From Candidatus Poseidoniia archaeon (GTDB lineage Archaea; Thermoplasmatota; Poseidoniia; MGIII; CG-Epi1): a stretch of DNA of 49,711 nucleotides. The DNA lies in assembly GCA_029936395.1 (NCBI GenBank), contig JAPYSW010000004.1:1-49711 (forward strand). The letters run 5' to 3'. The position numbers and the translations under genes were made by a program. The notes beneath the pieces were generated by a model. The model was not told the origin of the DNA, made no database searches, and saw nothing but the letters and a program-made list of their open reading frames with translations. This document shows positions 47,337-49,711 of the stretch, in pieces; position 1 is the first letter of the stretch, and each line of letters opens with the position of its first letter.

Positions 47337-48772
47337 TGGAATCTTGGGCTGAAAAATACCGGCCAAACAGTCTTTCAGACATTATAGGCAATACAAAAAC
47401 GATTACTCAACTTCGAAACTGGGCCAGCTCTTGGGGTGAAAGAATGACTAAAAAAGGAGTTATATTGTCTGGACCTCCTGGATGCGGTAAAACTTCAGCT
47501 GCAATTGCCTTAGCCAAAGATATGGGATGGGAATTAATTGAACTAAATGCTTCTGATGCACGTTCCGGAAATGTGATTGAAGGTACTGCGCTTAGAGCTG
47601 GTTTGTTTCAGACATTTGGAGCCAATGGACTCTCAGATAGAAATTTGATATTATTAGACGAAGCGGATAATCTATATGAAAGAGCTCAACAATCTAAAAA
47701 CAAAACAAAAAATTATAGCGATAGAGGCGGTAAGAAAGCCATTTCTAAAACCTTAGAAATGACAAAACAACCCGTAATAATTACTGTAAATGATTTGTAT
47801 AATCTTACAAAAGGAACAGGCGCTAAAATTAAGAGATTAGCCCTTACATTGAAATTTCAGAGGCCATCTGCAGTTTCAGTTTCAATGGTATTGAATAACG
47901 TTTGTGAAAAAGAGAATTTGAAAATCGAAGAAGAAACCATTAAGGCAATGGCTGAAGCGGCTAAGGGAGATCTTAGAGGTGCCATTAATGACTTACAATC
48001 TATCTCAGAAGGCAATCGAATAATTGATAAAGAAGATTATGAAAAATTGGACTCAAGAGATAGAGAAAGTGAAATGTTTGATGCACTCAATATAATTTTT
48101 AACAGCGATAATTATGACGAACCTCGAAAGGCCATATTTGATTTACATGAACAACCAAGAGATGTTGCTACATGGATCAGTGACAATATACCTATTGTAT
48201 ACAAGCATCCTAATGATATTGAAAGAGCATACGACAGAGTGGCGTATGCTGATTTACTCTTAGCTCGAGTTTCTAGGACTCAAAATTATGGACTTTGGGG
48301 ATATGCTTCGGAAATAATGTCAAGTGGTGTAGCCTTGTCAAAATCTCATCCAACAAGTGGCAGACGATTACAATTTCCTTCATGGATTAGAAAGATGGGA
48401 GCGAGCCGCTTTCAACGAGCCTATCGTAATTCCTTAGCCAAAAAAATTGGGGGAGCAACACACTTATCAATTAAGGAATCTAAACTGGATCAACTGGCCG
48501 TTATTTCTACAGTTTGCAGAAGCGATTTATCGAAGGCTGCCAAAATTACCGGTAAATTAGAATTGAATGATAATGAATTAGCTATTTTGATGGGTATTGA
48601 GAAAAAAGATAAACGAATATCGGCAATTATGGAAGAGTCACAACAATTCAGACAAAAAAAAGAGGTTGTAACATTAGACTATAGAGCTTTGAATATAGAA
48701 GAGAAAGAAGAAGAGCCAACAAAAATAACTCCAAAAAATGATAGTAAACAAAAAAGCTTATTCGAATTCTAA
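47336..48772 (+). CDS. rfcL: Replication factor C large subunit
   Basis: WAEKYRP, GPPGCGKTS, IELNASD, LLDEAD, GDLRGAINDLQ; C-terminal PIP box QKSLFEF. Confidence 0.95.
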   Translation: MESWAEKYRPNSLSDIIGNTKTITQLRNWASSWGERMTKKGVILSGPPGCGKTSAAIALAKDMGWELIELNASDARSGNVIEGTALRAGLFQTFGANGLSDRNLILLDEADNLYERAQQSKNKTKNYSDRGGKKAISKTLEMTKQPVIITVNDLYNLTKGTGAKIKRLALTLKFQRPSAVSVSMVLNNVCEKENLKIEEETIKAMAEAAKGDLRGAINDLQSISEGNRIIDKEDYEKLDSRDRESEMFDALNIIFNSDNYDEPRKAIFDLHEQPRDVATWISDNIPIVYKHPNDIERAYDRVAYADLLLARVSRTQNYGLWGYASEIMSSGVALSKSHPTSGRRLQFPSWIRKMGASRFQRAYRNSLAKKIGGATHLSIKESKLDQLAVISTVCRSDLSKAAKITGKLELNDNELAILMGIEKKDKRISAIMEESQQFRQKKEVVTLDYRALNIEEKEEEPTKITPKNDSKQKSLFEF

Positions 48773-49711
48773 CTGTAGCTTTTGTTGATCTGAAACTCCT
48801 AAACGGCTTGCTGCAACTCCCAAAAGGCGTATTGGTTTTCCCGGTTTCCAATTCTCATAAAGCAGTGATTTAGCTACTTTATAGATATCCTGTGATTTAT
48901 TTATCTCTCCTGGAACGGTTCTTTGACGTGTTATTGTTTTAAAATTTGACCAACGTAGTTTGATTGTTATTGTACGTGCCGAACGCCCCATATTACCAAT
49001 ACTTTCGGATACTTCTTTACATAATTCTTGTAATGCCAACTCAATCTTATCTGCATCTTTAATATCTACATCAAAAGTAGTTTCAGTTCCTTGTTGCTTA
49101 GCTATCCATGGAGAAGGGTCAACTGGCCGATTATCGATTCCTTTTGCTTTATTCTTTAAATTCACTGAATATTGACCAAATACTGGTAAAAGTTTCTGAA
49201 TATCAATGGAAACTATATCAGAACAGATTTTAATTCCTAAACCATTCAAAATTGATGCTGTTTTAGGTCCAATACCATAAATTTTACGGATTTCTAAAGG
49301 TGCTAAGAATTTTGACTCTCGACCTGGTTCAACAATAGTAAAGCCCTCGGGTTTATCAAAATCTGAAGCTATTTTAGCTACTAATTTAGATGTAGCAAGA
49401 CCTGCGGAAGCTGGTAAATTTGTTTCAGTCTTTATCCTTTTTAAAATAGTTTGAACTAAAGCTGCTGGATTTTTCTGAAGAGATAAATCTACAAAGGCTT
49501 CGTCGACACTCATTCTTTCAAGTGTACCATATCTTGACAAAACTTCCATAACTTTAGCTGATGATGAACGAATTAAAGGCCTATTTGATGATACTATCTT
49601 TAGATTAGGACAAAATTTGAGAGCCTTACTAGAGGCCATAGCAGAACGTACTCCCTTATCACGAGCCTCATAAGAAGCTGAAGCAATGACTCCTCTTTGG
49701 CCTGGTTTACC
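48758..49711 (-). CDS. dinB: DNA polymerase IV (DinB, Y family), 5'-truncated by the window end
   Basis: Frame is open to 49711 (GKPGQRGVIASASYEARDKGVRSAM...); SVDEAFVD, KLVAKIASD..KP.G, GIG.KT, IRLLGV. Confidence 0.93.
   Translation of the reverse strand, partial: GKPGQRGVIASASYEARDKGVRSAMASSKALKFCPNLKIVSSNRPLIRSSSAKVMEVLSRYGTLERMSVDEAFVDLSLQKNPAALVQTILKRIKTETNLPASAGLATSKLVAKIASDFDKPEGFTIVEPGRESKFLAPLEIRKIYGIGPKTASILNGLGIKICSDIVSIDIQKLLPVFGQYSVNLKNKAKGIDNRPVDPSPWIAKQQGTETTFDVDIKDADKIELALQELCKEVSESIGNMGRSARTITIKLRWSNFKTITRQRTVPGEINKSQDIYKVAKSLLYENWKPGKPIRLLGVAASRLGVSDQQKLQLEFE

Overview
AT-rich, gene-dense archaeal chromosomal segment. MCM, Csl4, rpS17e, TBP, Dph2, Pop5, Hel308, RFC-L, a GPN GTPase and GGR identify it as archaeal. 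The bacterial-type Fpg, class 2 PyrD, DinB and large membrane-anchored CARDB/PKD proteins and proteases suggest a marine Thermoplasmatota, e.g. Marine Group III (inference, not a database result). About 50 CDSs and one tRNA-Gln(CTG) are present; I saw no CRISPR, rRNA, transposase or integrase. Most content is housekeeping, plus a leucine-catabolism (methylcrotonyl-CoA carboxylase) operon and a cluster of surface proteins. The best candidate for an undescribed system is a three-gene operon at 3328-5239: a Rab-like small GTPase without a prenylation tail, a V4R/Bet3(TRAPP)-fold protein, and a TPR protein ending in a MinD-type membrane-targeting helix. Other notable items: an asparagine-synthase-like ATPase fused to KEOPS subunit Pcc1; an MCM with a DnaJ-type zinc-finger insertion; a CLC protein lacking both proton-coupling glutamates; a SAP-domain protein with 11-mer amphipathic repeats; a shared LPSIS-TM-RR C-terminal sorting signal; a putative B12 uptake pair; a divergent TBP; and three small ORFs missed by the ORF track. 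All family calls come from motif recognition by eye.
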